DNA of 64,000 bases, from positions 512,001 through 576,000 of the forward strand of contig OZ244852.1 in the NCBI GenBank assembly GCA_965220965.1, given 5' to 3'. The notes under the pieces were generated by a model. It was not told where the DNA came from. It did not search any database and saw nothing but the letters and a program-made list of their open reading frames with translations. This document shows, piece after piece, positions 8,435-23,268 of the stretch (within the stretch, counting starts at the first letter, position 1; each line of letters opens with the position of its first letter). The DNA is from Candidatus Marinacidobacterium sp. GTDB taxonomy: Bacteria; Acidobacteriota; Vicinamibacteria; Marinacidobacterales; Marinacidobacteraceae. Position numbers and translations under genes: made by a program.

Positions 8435-9817
8435 TCAGCCGGTCTCGCCGGCGTAGTACTCGTTCGTCTTCTTCGCGACCAGCCCGCCGAGGAAGATCAG
8501 CCCGACCAGGTTCGGGAAGGCCATGAAGCCGTTCAGCAGGGTGCCGACGTTCCACACCGTCTCGACGGTCACGAGCCCGCCGATGAGCAGCAGCGCGACA
8601 TAGAGCACCCGGTAGGGGAAGATGCCTCTCTGGCCGAACATGTACTCCCAGCAGGTCTCGCCGTAGTAGTACCAGCCGATGATCGTCGAGAACCCGAAGA
8701 GGAAGGAGCACACCGCGACCACCATCGGCGCGAGGAAGTCGCCGAAGGTCGTCGAGAACGCGGCCGAGGTCAGGTCCCCGCTCGCCGCCTGGTACTCCGC
8801 CGCGGTCCAGAGCCCGGAGGAGATGATGGCGAAGGCCGTCATGCTGCAGACCACGATCGTGTCGATGAACACCTCGAATACGCCAACCAGCCCCTGATCG
8901 GTCGGGTGCTTCACCTGGGCGATCCCGTGCGCGATCGGGGCGCTTCCCAGACCGGCCTCGTTGGACAGCACGCCCCGGCTGATGCCGGCGGCGATCGCCT
9001 GGCGGACGCTGGCCCCGAGGAACCCGCCGGCGGCGGCCTGGGGCGAGAAGGCGTGCGCGAAGATCGTGCCGAACACCGCTGGCAGCGAGCTGATGTTGAT
9101 CAGCAGGTAGGTGAGCGCCATGCCGAGGTAGATGACCAGCATCGTCGGGACGAGCTTCTCGGCGACCGAGGCGATCCGCTTGATGCCGCCGAGGAGGACG
9201 AGCCCGACCGCGGCGGTGATCAGCAGGCCCGGAACCCACGGGGAGACCTCGAAACCGAGTCGGGAGGCGGCTTCCACGAACGTCCGGACGATCGTGTTCG
9301 ACTGGGCCATGTTCCCGGTGCCCAGCAGCGCGGTGGCCGCGCCGAAGATGCAGAACATGATCGCCAGGACCTTGGCGAAGCGCTTCCACCGGAGGCCGGC
9401 GACGATGTAGTACATCGGCCCGCTGGCGAAGTGTCCGTTCGCCTTCCGGGTGCGGTAGGTCACGCCGCAGACCGCCTCCGCGTACTTCGTCGCCATGCCC
9501 ACCAGCGCGGTGACCCACATCCAGAAGATGGCCCCGGGGCCTCCCACCAGAATCGCGGTGGCCACGCCTCCGATGTTGCCGTTCCCGACGGTTGACGCCA
9601 GCGCGGTGGACAGCGCCTGGAACGGCGTGATTTCACCTTCGGCGCCGTGCTGGTCGTGGCTCATGCCGCGCACGACCCGGCGCATTCCGGCGACGAATCC
9701 GCGGATCTGGACGAAGCCGGTGCGGACCGTGAGATAGAGCCCGCAGAAGACGAGCAGGAGGGGGAGGGCGTACCACTGGTAGATGGCGTTCGATGCCCAC
9801 GCGATGAATTCGGTCAT
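8435..9817 (-). CDS. Sodium:alanine/glycine symporter (AGCS family)
   Basis: TPFQALSTALASTVGNGNIGGVA, GGPGAIFWMW, GPMYY and SNEAGLGSAPIAH motifs. Confidence 0.93.
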   Translation of the reverse strand: MTEFIAWASNAIYQWYALPLLLVFCGLYLTVRTGFVQIRGFVAGMRRVVRGMSHDQHGAEGEITPFQALSTALASTVGNGNIGGVATAILVGGPGAIFWMWVTALVGMATKYAEAVCGVTYRTRKANGHFASGPMYYIVAGLRWKRFAKVLAIMFCIFGAATALLGTGNMAQSNTIVRTFVEAASRLGFEVSPWVPGLLITAAVGLVLLGGIKRIASVAEKLVPTMLVIYLGMALTYLLINISSLPAVFGTIFAHAFSPQAAAGGFLGASVRQAIAAGISRGVLSNEAGLGSAPIAHGIAQVKHPTDQGLVGVFEVFIDTIVVCSMTAFAIISSGLWTAAEYQAASGDLTSAAFSTTFGDFLAPMVVAVCSFLFGFSTIIGWYYYGETCWEYMFGQRGIFPYRVLYVALLLIGGLVTVETVWNVGTLLNGFMAFPNLVGLIFLGGLVAKKTNEYYAGETG

Positions 9818-9850
9818 GAAAGCGTTTCCTCGGTCGCGGCTGGAGCAGCT

Positions 9851-11209
9851 CTAGGCGAACAGCCGCAGGAAGATCAGGAACAGGAGGGCGGCCGGGGACA
9901 CGAAGCGGATCAGGAATCCCCAAAGCGCCGGACCCGGGAATCCGGGCCCGTCGCGCCGCAGCTCGTCGCCGGCGAACCGGGCGCCCCAGCGCCAGCCGAC
10001 GAACAGGCTGATGAGCAGCCCGCCGACCGGGAGCGCCCACTCGTTCCACACGTTGACCATCAGGTCGAAGAAGGAGCCGCCGATCCCGGGCAGGTCGGTC
10101 AGGAACCCGGGGCCGCCCCCGAACGACAGCGCGCAGGGGATGGCGAAGGCGAAACAGAAGACCGCGATGACGGCGGCCGCCTTGCGGCGCGACCACTGCC
10201 ACTGGTCGATCGCGTGGGACACCGGGACTTCCAGCAGCGAGATGGTTGACGTGAAGGCGGCCACCGAGAGCAGCAGGAAGAAAGCGCTTCCGAAGAGCAG
10301 CCCTCCGGGGAGCGTGGCGAAGAGTTGCGGGAGCACCGCAAAGATCAGACCAGGACCGCTCGCGCTCGGATCGAAACCGGCGATCGAGAAGCCGGCCGGA
10401 AAGATGATGAACCCGGCCAGCAACGCGATCAGCGTGTCGATGCCGACGATCGCCATCGCCGGGGCGCGAACGCTGTGCGAGCGATGCAGGTAGCTGCCGT
10501 AGGTGATCAGCGCTCCCATCCCGAGGCTCAGCGAGAAGAAGGCCTGTCCCACCGCGGCGCCCAGGACTTCGGGATTCAGCGCCTGCGAGAGGTCGGGACG
10601 AAGGTAGTAGGCCAGCCCTTCGCCCGCGCCGGGAAGCGTCACGGCGCGGATGGCGAGGATCACGAGGAGGACGAAGAGCAGCGGCATCATGAGCCGCGCG
10701 GCCGCCTCGATGCCCTTCTTGATCCCGCGGTTCACGCACCACGCGGTGATCGCGATGAACAGCCCGGTCGCCACCAGGTTCATCCACGACTGGCTCGCAA
10801 TGGCGTTGAACAGTTGGCCGGACGCCTCGGGGCCGCTCTCGAGGCCGCCGGTGACCGCGAGCCGGAGGTACTGGACGGTCCAGCCGGCGATCACCGAGTA
10901 GAACGAGAGGATGAAGGTGCCCGCCGAGACCGCCAGGATGCCGATCAGCCACCAGGGCCCGGTCGGGGCGATCCGGCGCACGGCGCCCATCGGCCCGAGC
11001 TGGCTGTGTCGTCCGAGAACGACCTCGCCGAGGAGGATCGGGGCGCAGATGAAGACGACGGCGATCAGATAGACGAGGACGAACGCGGCGCCGCCGCCCT
11101 GACCGACCTGGGTGGGGAATCCCCAGATGTTCCCGAGCCCGACGGCCGAGCCGGTGGCCGCGAGGATGAAACCGGTGCGGGAGCCCCACCGGCCACGGTC
11201 TTCAGACAT
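9851..11209 (-). CDS. Sodium-dependent transporter (NSS/SNF family)
   Basis: WGSRTGFILAATGSAVGLGNIWGFP, QAFFSLSLG and TYGSY motifs. Confidence 0.93.
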   Translation of the reverse strand: MSEDRGRWGSRTGFILAATGSAVGLGNIWGFPTQVGQGGGAAFVLVYLIAVVFICAPILLGEVVLGRHSQLGPMGAVRRIAPTGPWWLIGILAVSAGTFILSFYSVIAGWTVQYLRLAVTGGLESGPEASGQLFNAIASQSWMNLVATGLFIAITAWCVNRGIKKGIEAAARLMMPLLFVLLVILAIRAVTLPGAGEGLAYYLRPDLSQALNPEVLGAAVGQAFFSLSLGMGALITYGSYLHRSHSVRAPAMAIVGIDTLIALLAGFIIFPAGFSIAGFDPSASGPGLIFAVLPQLFATLPGGLLFGSAFFLLLSVAAFTSTISLLEVPVSHAIDQWQWSRRKAAAVIAVFCFAFAIPCALSFGGGPGFLTDLPGIGGSFFDLMVNVWNEWALPVGGLLISLFVGWRWGARFAGDELRRDGPGFPGPALWGFLIRFVSPAALLFLIFLRLFA

Positions 11210-11269
11210 GATGTTCTCTCCGTTCGTCGGACAAAGGGCGGCGCCGGGAGGAGACCTCCGCGGGCCGCG

Positions 11270-12148
11270 TCATTCGCCGAGCGGCCGGACCTCGCCGGCC
11301 ATCGAGATGCGGAAGATGGCGCCAGCGTGCGCGTCGGCGGCCAGCAGGTCGCCTTCCGGGAGGACCGCCAGCCCCTGCGGGCTCACCAGCGGTTCGCCCT
11401 GGACCAGGACCGAGACCCGTCCCTCGGGGCTCACCCGCCAGATGCACCGCGCGTAGCCGTCGGTGACGAAGAAGCCCCCGTCCGGGGCCCGGACGAAATC
11501 GTGCGGGAACTCGAAAGGGGGGGACTGGATGAGGGCGGTGGTGGTCCCCGCCTCGAGCCGCAGGACGTTGCGGTCCGTCAGGATGTGAACGACGGACCCG
11601 TCCCCCTCCGCCAGAATGGCGCGCGGCGCCGCGATATCGGCGAGGTCGTCGGCGCCGTCGCGGCCCAGCCGCCGCAGGCGCTGCGTGACCCGGTCGACCG
11701 CCAGCAGGTCGCCCGACGGGAGCTCCGCGACTCCCCAGGGCGTCACGAACCGCTCGTCGTCCGGGATGCGCTCGATGGCGCCCTCCGAAACGCGGTACAG
11801 CCCCATCGTCGCGGGATCGCTCGCCACGACGCCTCCGCCTTCCAGCGGCGCGATGTGACGGATCCCGAACAGCGGCGTGCGGGGAAGGCCCTCGCCCCGG
11901 GCGACGACCTCGTAGCCGGCACCGGTCCACCGGAGCAGGGCGGCGGCCTCGAGGTCCGCCACGTAGATCTGACCCTCGGCGGACACCGCCACATCCACCG
12001 GGTAGATCAGCTCCTCGGTCGCGGCGACCGCGTCGGGCGGGAGAAACAGCGCTCCCAGAAGGACGGCGAACGCCGCCCAGCCGGTCGGGCCGGCGCGTTC
12101 CGCGACGCCCGTGAAAGGGACCGCCGGGAGGCCGCGACGAGAGTGCAA
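11270..12148 (-). CDS. Secreted NHL-repeat / beta-propeller protein
   Basis: Repeats YPVDVAV, TPWGVA, FPHDFV and SPQGLAV; hydrophobic signal; start uncertain. Confidence 0.65.
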   Translation of the reverse strand: MHSRRGLPAVPFTGVAERAGPTGWAAFAVLLGALFLPPDAVAATEELIYPVDVAVSAEGQIYVADLEAAALLRWTGAGYEVVARGEGLPRTPLFGIRHIAPLEGGGVVASDPATMGLYRVSEGAIERIPDDERFVTPWGVAELPSGDLLAVDRVTQRLRRLGRDGADDLADIAAPRAILAEGDGSVVHILTDRNVLRLEAGTTTALIQSPPFEFPHDFVRAPDGGFFVTDGYARCIWRVSPEGRVSVLVQGEPLVSPQGLAVLPEGDLLAADAHAGAIFRISMAGEVRPLGE

Positions 12149-12212
12149 TGGGAGGGGAGGTGGCCCGCGCCGGGCAGCGAGTGTATCAGCCGGTCCGACA
12201 GGCCGGGAGGCA

Positions 12213-12281
12213 TACAATTGACGCGCTGGGACGGCGGGTCATCCGGAAAGCGAGTCCGGATCGGCCGCCGTTCCCTTTTTT
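12213..12281 (+). promoter_or_regulatory. -10 box followed by a terminator-like hairpin in the hppA 5' leader
   Basis: TACAAT 12213-12218; GGGACGGCGG/CCGCCGTTCCC and ATCCGGA/TCCGGAT stems, then T6 at 12276-12281. Confidence 0.55.
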
Positions 12282-12415
12282 CTTGCGACCTCTCCCCCGG
12301 GGACGGTCCGGCGGGCCCCGATCGGCGCCCGCGCGGCCGGCTCGCGGGTCCTCTTCCGGGACGCGCCGAGGCGAGAGGGCCCTGGCTGCCGGATCGGCCG
12401 TGACCGGAGGCTTCC

Positions 12416-14461
<2,046 letters not shown>

Positions 14462-14472
14462 ATCGGTAACGG

Positions 14473-14528
14473 CGCGACGCGCCCTCGCGGCGCGTCGCCG
14501 AGCCCGCCGCGCTCGGTTCGCGGCGGGC
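14473..14528. terminator. Two GC-rich hairpins between convergent hppA and the octaheme gene
   Basis: GCGACGCGCC/GGCGCGTCGC and GCCCGCCGCG/CGCGGCGGGC inverted repeats. Confidence 0.45.
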
Positions 14529-14531
14529 GGC

Positions 14532-16549
14532 TCACTCGCCTGGAGGCGGCTCCAGGCGGGTGAGCAGCGTCTGCGCTTCCTGGGCGAACGGATCGTCCGC
14601 CGGCACCGAGCGGAGCAGCTCCCGCGCTTCGACGAACCGCTGCTGCGAGAGCCGCGTCACCGCCATGAAGAAGCGGATCCCGGGCTGCGCCGGATTCAGC
14701 CGGTAGCTCTGCTCGAAGGCCCGCTCGGCGGCCCCCGGGTTGCCGTCGAGCACGTGGAACCGGCCCAGGTTGAGTTGCTGGGGCGCGTCGTCGGCGTAGA
14801 AGTTGCCCCGGATCGCGTGGACGCGCTTGGCGAGTTCGAAGCTCTCCTCCGCCTCGCCGTCGAGCTCGCGGATGCCGAGGTTCAGCAGCGAGATCGCGGT
14901 GTTCATCCGCACGACCCGGCTCTCGTCCTGGATCCGCTCGATCAGGGCCTCCCGGACGCCGGGGAAGGAGGCGTCGCCCGATTCTCCGAGCTTGAGCGAG
15001 GCGACCGAGCGGACGAGCGGGTGGGGATCCCCGGCCACTTCGAGGAGCGCCCCGATGGCCGCCGGACGGGTCGTCTCGTCCGCCAGGTAGCGGCCCAGGT
15101 GTCCGGCGGCGTTCGCCCGGTTCACCGGCCCCTCGGAGGGGTCCGCGGAGATGGCGAGGAGGTGGTCGAGGGCTTCGCGGCTGAGGTCGCGCGCTCCGGA
15201 GTAGGCGTCGGCCCTGCGCTCGATCCTCGTCCGTCGGGGGGTGTCCTCCCCCCACCACTCGTCCATCCGCGCGGTGGCCCACTCGGGGGTCTCGGAGGAG
15301 TGGCACTCGGTGCACGCGTTCGGGATTCCGTAGCGCGCGGTGTTGCGCGGCGACGGGATCGAGATGCTGTGATCGCGCATCCGCGCCCGGATGCTCACCA
15401 CGCTGCGGGGCATGTGGCACTCGACGCAGGAGCTGCCGGAGCTGTCCTCGGCGTGGAAGGTGTGCGCCGTCAGGTCCTCGCCGATCTGCGTGTGGCACCG
15501 GGTGCACAGCGCGTTGTTCGTCGGCAGGAGCTGCTCGTTCTGCTCGATGTCGGGACGGTGCGGGTCGATGTGGCAGCCGGTGCAGGTCGCGTTCCCCTCG
15601 ACGAAGCACTGGCTCTGCCAGATCCCCAGGGTGTTCGTGGAAAACCGCCGCGTCTTGCCGTCGGTGTACCAGGTTGGGTCCTCGGAGGGCTCCTGGGTGT
15701 ACTCGAGGAGCGGGAAGAAGAAATCGAAGTAGTTGTCTCCCGCGGCGAACCCGAACGCCATCTGATCGCGGAACGAGTGGCACTGGGCGCACACCATGGA
15801 GTTCCGCTCGTGGTCGAGCCGGGTCTGCTCGACGATGTGGACCTCGGGGTCATCCCCGTAGCGGTCCAGGTTCGTGTACTTGTCGACGTGCCGGCTTCCG
15901 GGTCCATGGCAGCGCTCGCAGGTCGTGCCGAAGTCGAGCCAGGTCGTGTCGTAGCGGGCCTCCGTGGGGCGGTAGCCCTTGATCTGGTCGCTCACATGGC
16001 AGCCGAAACAGTTCTTGTTCCACAACTGGACCGGGATGATCCCCTCTCGCTGGTCCGGGGCGGCGATCTCCAGGTTGTGGAACCACTCGCGCCGGAGCAC
16101 GTCCCAGGTGGGCGGGAGGACGATGACGCGCCCGTCCTCGAGCGTCGTCAGGTAGTGCTGGATCCGCCGGTTCCCGAGGGTGTAGTCGATCCGGTGCTCG
16201 ACCGGCTCTCCGGTGAAGAAGGACTCGGTGATGAAGTAGTTCGATCCGGTCCGCCGGACCTGGTAGGGCTGCCCCCGCAACTGGAGCGCGCCGGCGCTGA
16301 AGTCCCCTCGGACGCCCGAGGGCGTCGCCGGCTGCACCATCTTCGAGTGCCGCGAAGCGGTCCAGGACTCGTGCGTCGCCTCGTGGCACACCACGCACCG
16401 CGCGTTCCCCACCATCATCGCCGGCTGCTCGGCGAGCGGGGGGGGCGCGACCTGGGCGTTCGCGGCGCCCGGCGGCTGCGGGCTGGCGCCCAGGAAGAAC
16501 AGTCCGAGCACGGCGGTGAGCCCGGTCCCGGCGCAGGCGAGCCGCAGGC

Positions 16550-16553
<4 letters not shown>
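14532..16553 (-). CDS. Octaheme c-type cytochrome with C-terminal HEAT-like and TPR repeats
   Basis: 8 CXXCH motifs (CVVCH, CFGCH, CERCH, CAQCH, CTGCH, CTRCH, CVECH, CTECH); signal peptide; TTG start overlaps the upstream stop (TTGA). Confidence 0.85.
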
Positions 16554-18222
<1,669 letters not shown>

Positions 18223-18226
<4 letters not shown>

Positions 18227-20988
18227 CGGGGATCGCCGGCCCCGTCCGGGACGAAGAAGCTCCGGTGCTCGTGGATCGGGAGTCGCTGGTTGTTGTCGTG
18301 GGGATGGGCGCGCCGGTACTCCCCGGTGAGGAACTGCGCCGACTCGTCCGCCTTGAACCGCGTGTAGAGCGCGCGGTGGGCGGCGGCGCGCTCCGGGTCG
18401 CGCAGGCCCTGGTGGCTCAGCATCAGGTTGTAGTGCGCCTCGAGGTCCTCGGGATCGATCCGCAGCGTGCGCTCGAGCACCTCGACGGCGTCGGCGTACT
18501 CGCGCTTGAGGAAGAGGAGCCGCCCGACCTGGTTGTTCACGACCCGGTCCCGGGGATGGTCCTCCTGAACCCGGGTGAGCGCGGCGAGGGCCTCGTCGTA
18601 GGCACCGAGAGCCTTGTGGGCCATGGCGCGGAAGAAGAGCGCGCGCGGCAGCCCGGGCGCCAGCTCGAGGGCCCGGGCGGTCGCCTCCAGGGCGCGATCG
18701 GGGTCGCCCTCCTGGAGATGGACCCGCGCCAGATTCACCGAGGCGTCGGGGTACTCGGGTGCGAGCGACTCGACGGTCCGGAACGCCGCCTCGGCGCCTC
18801 GCAGATCGCCGGCGAGGAGCAGGGCGATCCCGTAGTCGTTGAACCGCAGCGCCCTCGCCAGGCCGGCCTCGGGATCGACTGGCGGCGACGCCTCGGGGGC
18901 CACCGGAAGCCGGACCGAGGCCGAGGCCATCTCGATGACCGGAACCTCCGGCGCGCTGACCGCCGGGTCGAACGAGACGGGCCGGTCATCGAAGTCGGGC
19001 GAGACGTCCCCCTCCTCCCCGAGCACTCCGCGGAAGGCCCACTGGGTGTGCCACCACTGGAACTTGCGGTAGTTGACCCGGGCGGTCAGGGTCACCGGCC
19101 CCTCGATGGTCTCGGGAACCTCGAGCCGGTAGCGGATCGCGTGGGCCGCTCCGGGAGGGATCTGGGCGATGTAGAGGGCGCTGCGCGCGGCCCAGGCGTT
19201 TCGCTTGTTGATCGGATTTCCGCGCCCATCGAGCATCAGGGACCGGAAGAAATGCGCCGACGGGTCCACCGGGGCGTCGGCGTCCCTCGCGGCGGGCTCC
19301 CCGGGGTGTCCGGTGAACCCGCTCCAGAAGAACGGGACTCCGTGGCGGTCCTCGGCCCGGAACTCCACCCAGACTTCCTGGGCGTCCACCGTGCCGCTCG
19401 GGAAGAAGTGCCCCACCTTGCGGGTGCGCACCACGACATCCACCCGCACCGACTCCCCGGGGACGAGCGTCGGAAGGGCTTCGTCGAGCGGCGCGACGAC
19501 CTCGCCCACCGGGCCGGCGGCGGGATAGCGGCGGGGCGCCGCCAGGGCTTCCTCGCCCACCGCGAACGTGGAGGCCAGCGCCAGCGGATCCGGCGCCGCG
19601 GGCGCGGGGCCCGGCGGCGCTTCGCCTCCCGGCTCCTCCGGGTCCCGGACCACCGCGAACACATCGACGCTCACCTGCCCGGCGCGCAGGAAGTCCCGCA
19701 CCGCCTGGAGCTGGTCGTCGAGCCCGAAGTGGGTCGGGAGCGCGGTGTTCGCCGCGGCGAAACGGTGGGAGCGGATCAGCCCCCCGGGCGCCGCCGGGTC
19801 GGTTCCGGGAACCTGCGGCATGTGGCACCCGGCGCAGGTCTCGGGTTGCTCGGGGTAGTAGAACGAGCGCGCGCCCTCTCCGGAGACGCCGCTCGCCTGC
19901 CAGTTGTCGTAGCTGTTGAAGCCGCGAAGCCACCGGTAGTGGTTGACCGGCTCATCGAGATGGACCTTGTGGCAGGTCGAGCAGAACGCGGAGCTGTCTC
20001 CGGTGTGGAGCGGCTTCAGGAACGCCGTCCGGTGGGGTTCGGGGTCCAGGTGGATCACCAGATCGTGGAGCGCCCGGAGCAGGGGGTCCTCCGAGGCCGC
20101 CAGGTCGTGCATCTCGGGGTACTCGATCACGAACCCGGCGTTTCCCGCGGTGTTCTTCACGCGGGTGATCGCGTGGCACGAGACGCACCCGAGCCCGGCG
20201 CTCGCCGAGGGACGATCCACGATCTCTTCGAGGGGCCGGTCCATGAGCCCGCTGAACAGCACGGCGTGGTCGTGGCAGCCGGCGCACCACTTCGACGGGG
20301 TGACCCCCACGACCTCCTGCATGTACTCGATGGAGCGGCGGTACCACGGGTTGTTGAACGAGGCGAAGCGGTGGGCCGACTCGCTCCACTCGCGGGTGAT
20401 GTCCGCGTGGCATCGCCCGCACGACTCGCTCTCCAGGAAGAACTCTTCCGGGATCAGCCCTCCGTCCGCCGTCTCCGCGGCGGAAGGGAAGAACGGCCCA
20501 TCCGCGCCCCCCATGGCCTCGCCCTCCATCGTCATCGGGGCAAGCCCGGCGTTCAGCGCGGGCGCCGTTTCCGGGACGGCGCGGCGAAGCGCTCCGCCGG
20601 CCGCGAAGCCCACCGCGAGGATCAGGGGCGCCACGAGCTGGCGGCGGTGCGCGAGCAGGATCGCGAGCGCGGCCGCCGCCGCGAGGTGGACCCACAGAAC
20701 GGGGCGGGTCGCGGGGCTCGAGCCCAGGACGAGGAGCCCGACCCCCGAGAGCGCGGTGACCCCTCCCGCAAGCAGGAACAGCGGGCGGCGGGGGTCGCCC
20801 GCGAGGGCCTTCGCGAGCCGCTTCCAGGTCCAGACCGCGAGCTTCAGTCCGGCGATCCCGAGAACCGGGTGAAGCAGGATCTGCGCGGCGTGGAAGAGGC
20901 TGGCCTCCCGCGCCGCGATCAGGTAGCCGGCGTTCAGCAGGAGCAGCGCGGCGGTGGCGCGCAGGAACAGCGCAGCCGACGGCTTCAT
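18223..20988 (-). CDS. Membrane-anchored pentaheme cytochrome c with C-terminal TPR repeats
   Basis: 5 CXXCH motifs (CGRCH, CAGCH, CVSCH, CSTCH, CAGCH); several N-terminal TM helices; GHFFPSG; TPRs. Confidence 0.85.
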
Positions 20989-20992
20989 GCTG

Positions 20993-21712
20993 TCAGATTA
21001 CGCCCCCGGGCGGATCGGAGGCCGGGCCGGCGCCCCCGGCTTCCACTCCGGCCTCGCGCAGCGCTCGCCGGGCGATGCGGGTGATCAGCACCGTCACCAC
21101 GACGAACGCGGTGAGCCCGACGGCCTGAACGGCGAGCTGCAGCCCCTCGGCGTTCCCCGAGACGGTGCGCGCCACGTTGCCCCCGACGTAGCCCAGGTAG
21201 ATGTAGAGACACGTCCCGGGGAGGATGCCGGTCGCGGAGGCCAGCAGGTAGGCGCCAAACCGCACGCCGGTGAGGCCGTACGCGTAGTTCAGGAACGTGA
21301 ACGGAAACACCGGGGTCAGCCGCGTCAGGAACACGATCTTGCCGCCCTCGGCGGCGACCGCGCGGTCCACGGCGGCGAAGGAGGGTTTCCCCGCGAGGAA
21401 CCGTCGCACCCGATCTCGCCCGAGTCGTCGGGCCGCGAGGAACGCGAAGGCCAGCCCGGCGGTCGCCCCGACCCAGACCGCGGCGGCGCCCTGAAACGGG
21501 CCGAAGACCGCGCCGGCGAAGAGCGTGAGCGCGGAGCCCGGAACCGCGATGACGGTGGCGACGGCGTAGATCGCGGCGAACACCAGCAGACCCGGGGCCC
21601 CAAGCGCCTCGGTCCTCCGGGCCGCCGCCTCGATCCACTCACCCACCGGCAGGAGCGTGAAGGCCGCAACCAGCAGCGCCAGCGCCGCCCCGGCAAGAAG
21701 GATCCTCTTCAT
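20993..21712 (-). CDS. TVP38/TMEM64 (DedA/VTT) family membrane protein
   Basis: VPGSALTLFAGAVFG and RLTPVFPFTFLNYAYG motifs; ATG 21712 overlaps the upstream stop (ATGA). Confidence 0.88.
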   Translation of the reverse strand: MKRILLAGAALALLVAAFTLLPVGEWIEAAARRTEALGAPGLLVFAAIYAVATVIAVPGSALTLFAGAVFGPFQGAAAVWVGATAGLAFAFLAARRLGRDRVRRFLAGKPSFAAVDRAVAAEGGKIVFLTRLTPVFPFTFLNYAYGLTGVRFGAYLLASATGILPGTCLYIYLGYVGGNVARTVSGNAEGLQLAVQAVGLTAFVVVTVLITRIARRALREAGVEAGGAGPASDPPGGVI

Positions 21713-23163
21713 CGCCGGATCCGGTAAAGCCATGAGAAAAGGGCCCTGGCCCGCGGCGTGAGCCGGGTGCGCTGGTAGGCGTCCGCCACCCGCTGCGCCG
21801 CCTGCGCCCAGGTCGGGTACGCGTGGATCGCGCTCGAGATCGCGGCCAGCCCGATGCCGTGGCGGGCGGCGAGCATCAGTTCGTGCAGGACTTCGCCGGC
21901 GCGGGCGCCGACGACGGTGGCCCCGAGGATCCGGTCCTTGCCGCGCGCGGTCACGACCTTGACGAAACCGCGTCGGGAGGACTCGGTGATGGCGCGGTCC
22001 AGTCCGGCGTTCGCGAACCGGTGGACCGAAACGGGCGTCCCGTTCTCGAGCGCATCCTCCTCGCGCAGGCCGAAGTGGGCGATTTCGGGATCCACATAGG
22101 TGACCCACGGCACGTGGCGGTAGTCGGCCTTCGCCCGGGGGACCGGCCACGGGAGAAGGGCGTTCCGGACCACGACCCGCGCCTGGTGGTCGGCGGTGTG
22201 GGTGAACCGGTAGGGCCCGGCGACGTCGCCGAGAGCGAAGACGCCTCTCACGTTCGTGCGAAGCGCGGCGTCGACCGGGATCCCCGCTTCGGGGTCGTAG
22301 CGCACTCCGGCGGCTTCGAGGCCCAGATCGGTGACGTTCGGCGAGCGCCCGGCGGCGACCAGGAGCCGTTCCGCCTCGACCGATCGCCCGCCGTCCGGCG
22401 TCTCCACCTCGGCCCGGATCCGCCCCTCCGGCGTCTGCGCGAAGGACTTCACCCGGCAGCGGGTCAGCACCTCGATGTCCTCTTCGGCGAACGCGTCGTG
22501 GAGCGCTTCCGAGGCCTCCCGGTCGTCGCGCGGGAGAAGCCGCTCCACATCGGTGAGGAGCGTCACCCGGGACCCCAGTCGGGCCATCACCTGTCCGAGT
22601 TCACATCCGATGGGGCCGCCGCCGAGCACCAGGAGGGACTCCGGCGCGGCGTCCTGGCCGTCGAAGAACGTCTCGTTCGTCAGGAACGGCGCGTCCTTCA
22701 GGCCGGGGATATCGGGGACACGCGGGCTCGTTCCGGTGGCCACCGCGAAGTGGGCGCCCCGGAGCCGGGCGCCGTCATCGAGTTCGACCTCGCGGGGGCT
22801 GACGAACCGGGCTCTGGCCTGGAACACGTCCACGCCGAGACCGGTGAATCGCTCGACCGAGTCGTGCGGCGCGATCTCGGCGCGCCGGTCGCGCATCGCC
22901 GCGAAGACCCGCTCGCTGCGCAGCCGCAGATCGGGTGGGTCGAACCCGTGCTCGGCGGCGCGGCGGATCGTGTGAACCCGCTTGGCCGCGGCCACCAGCG
23001 CCTTCGAGGGGACACAGCCGAAATTGAGACAATCGCCGCCCATGAGACGGGCTTCCACCAGGGCGGCTCGTCCTCCGAGGCCCGCCGTTCCGGCGGCGGT
23101 CACCAGACCGGCGGTTCCGGCGCCGATCACGACGATGTTGTACCGGCCTTCGCCCCTTTGCAC
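21709..23163 (-). CDS. Class I pyridine nucleotide-disulfide oxidoreductase (MerA/LpdA-like)
   Basis: GAGTAG, GGDCLNFGCVPSK, GGGPIGCE, FTHTA and IHAYPT motifs; no C-terminal Cys-Cys. Confidence 0.88.
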   Translation of the reverse strand: MQRGEGRYNIVVIGAGTAGLVTAAGTAGLGGRAALVEARLMGGDCLNFGCVPSKALVAAAKRVHTIRRAAEHGFDPPDLRLRSERVFAAMRDRRAEIAPHDSVERFTGLGVDVFQARARFVSPREVELDDGARLRGAHFAVATGTSPRVPDIPGLKDAPFLTNETFFDGQDAAPESLLVLGGGPIGCELGQVMARLGSRVTLLTDVERLLPRDDREASEALHDAFAEEDIEVLTRCRVKSFAQTPEGRIRAEVETPDGGRSVEAERLLVAAGRSPNVTDLGLEAAGVRYDPEAGIPVDAALRTNVRGVFALGDVAGPYRFTHTADHQARVVVRNALLPWPVPRAKADYRHVPWVTYVDPEIAHFGLREEDALENGTPVSVHRFANAGLDRAITESSRRGFVKVVTARGKDRILGATVVGARAGEVLHELMLAARHGIGLAAISSAIHAYPTWAQAAQRVADAYQRTRLTPRARALFSWLYRIRR

Positions 23164-23268
23164 CCCGGTTCGTCTGCTCCTGCGCCGGAGGGAACTCTAT
23201 TCGCTGTCCGTTGGCCCGATTGACGGGCCGGGAGCGTCGCGCCTCGGGGCCGGGGCGCGGCCCGCTTC

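Noticed and set aside
21709-23163. Calling this gene merA or lpdA
   Set aside because: Lacks the MerA C-terminal Cys-Cys and mer context, and lacks the LpdA HPTxSE motif and 2-oxoacid dehydrogenase context
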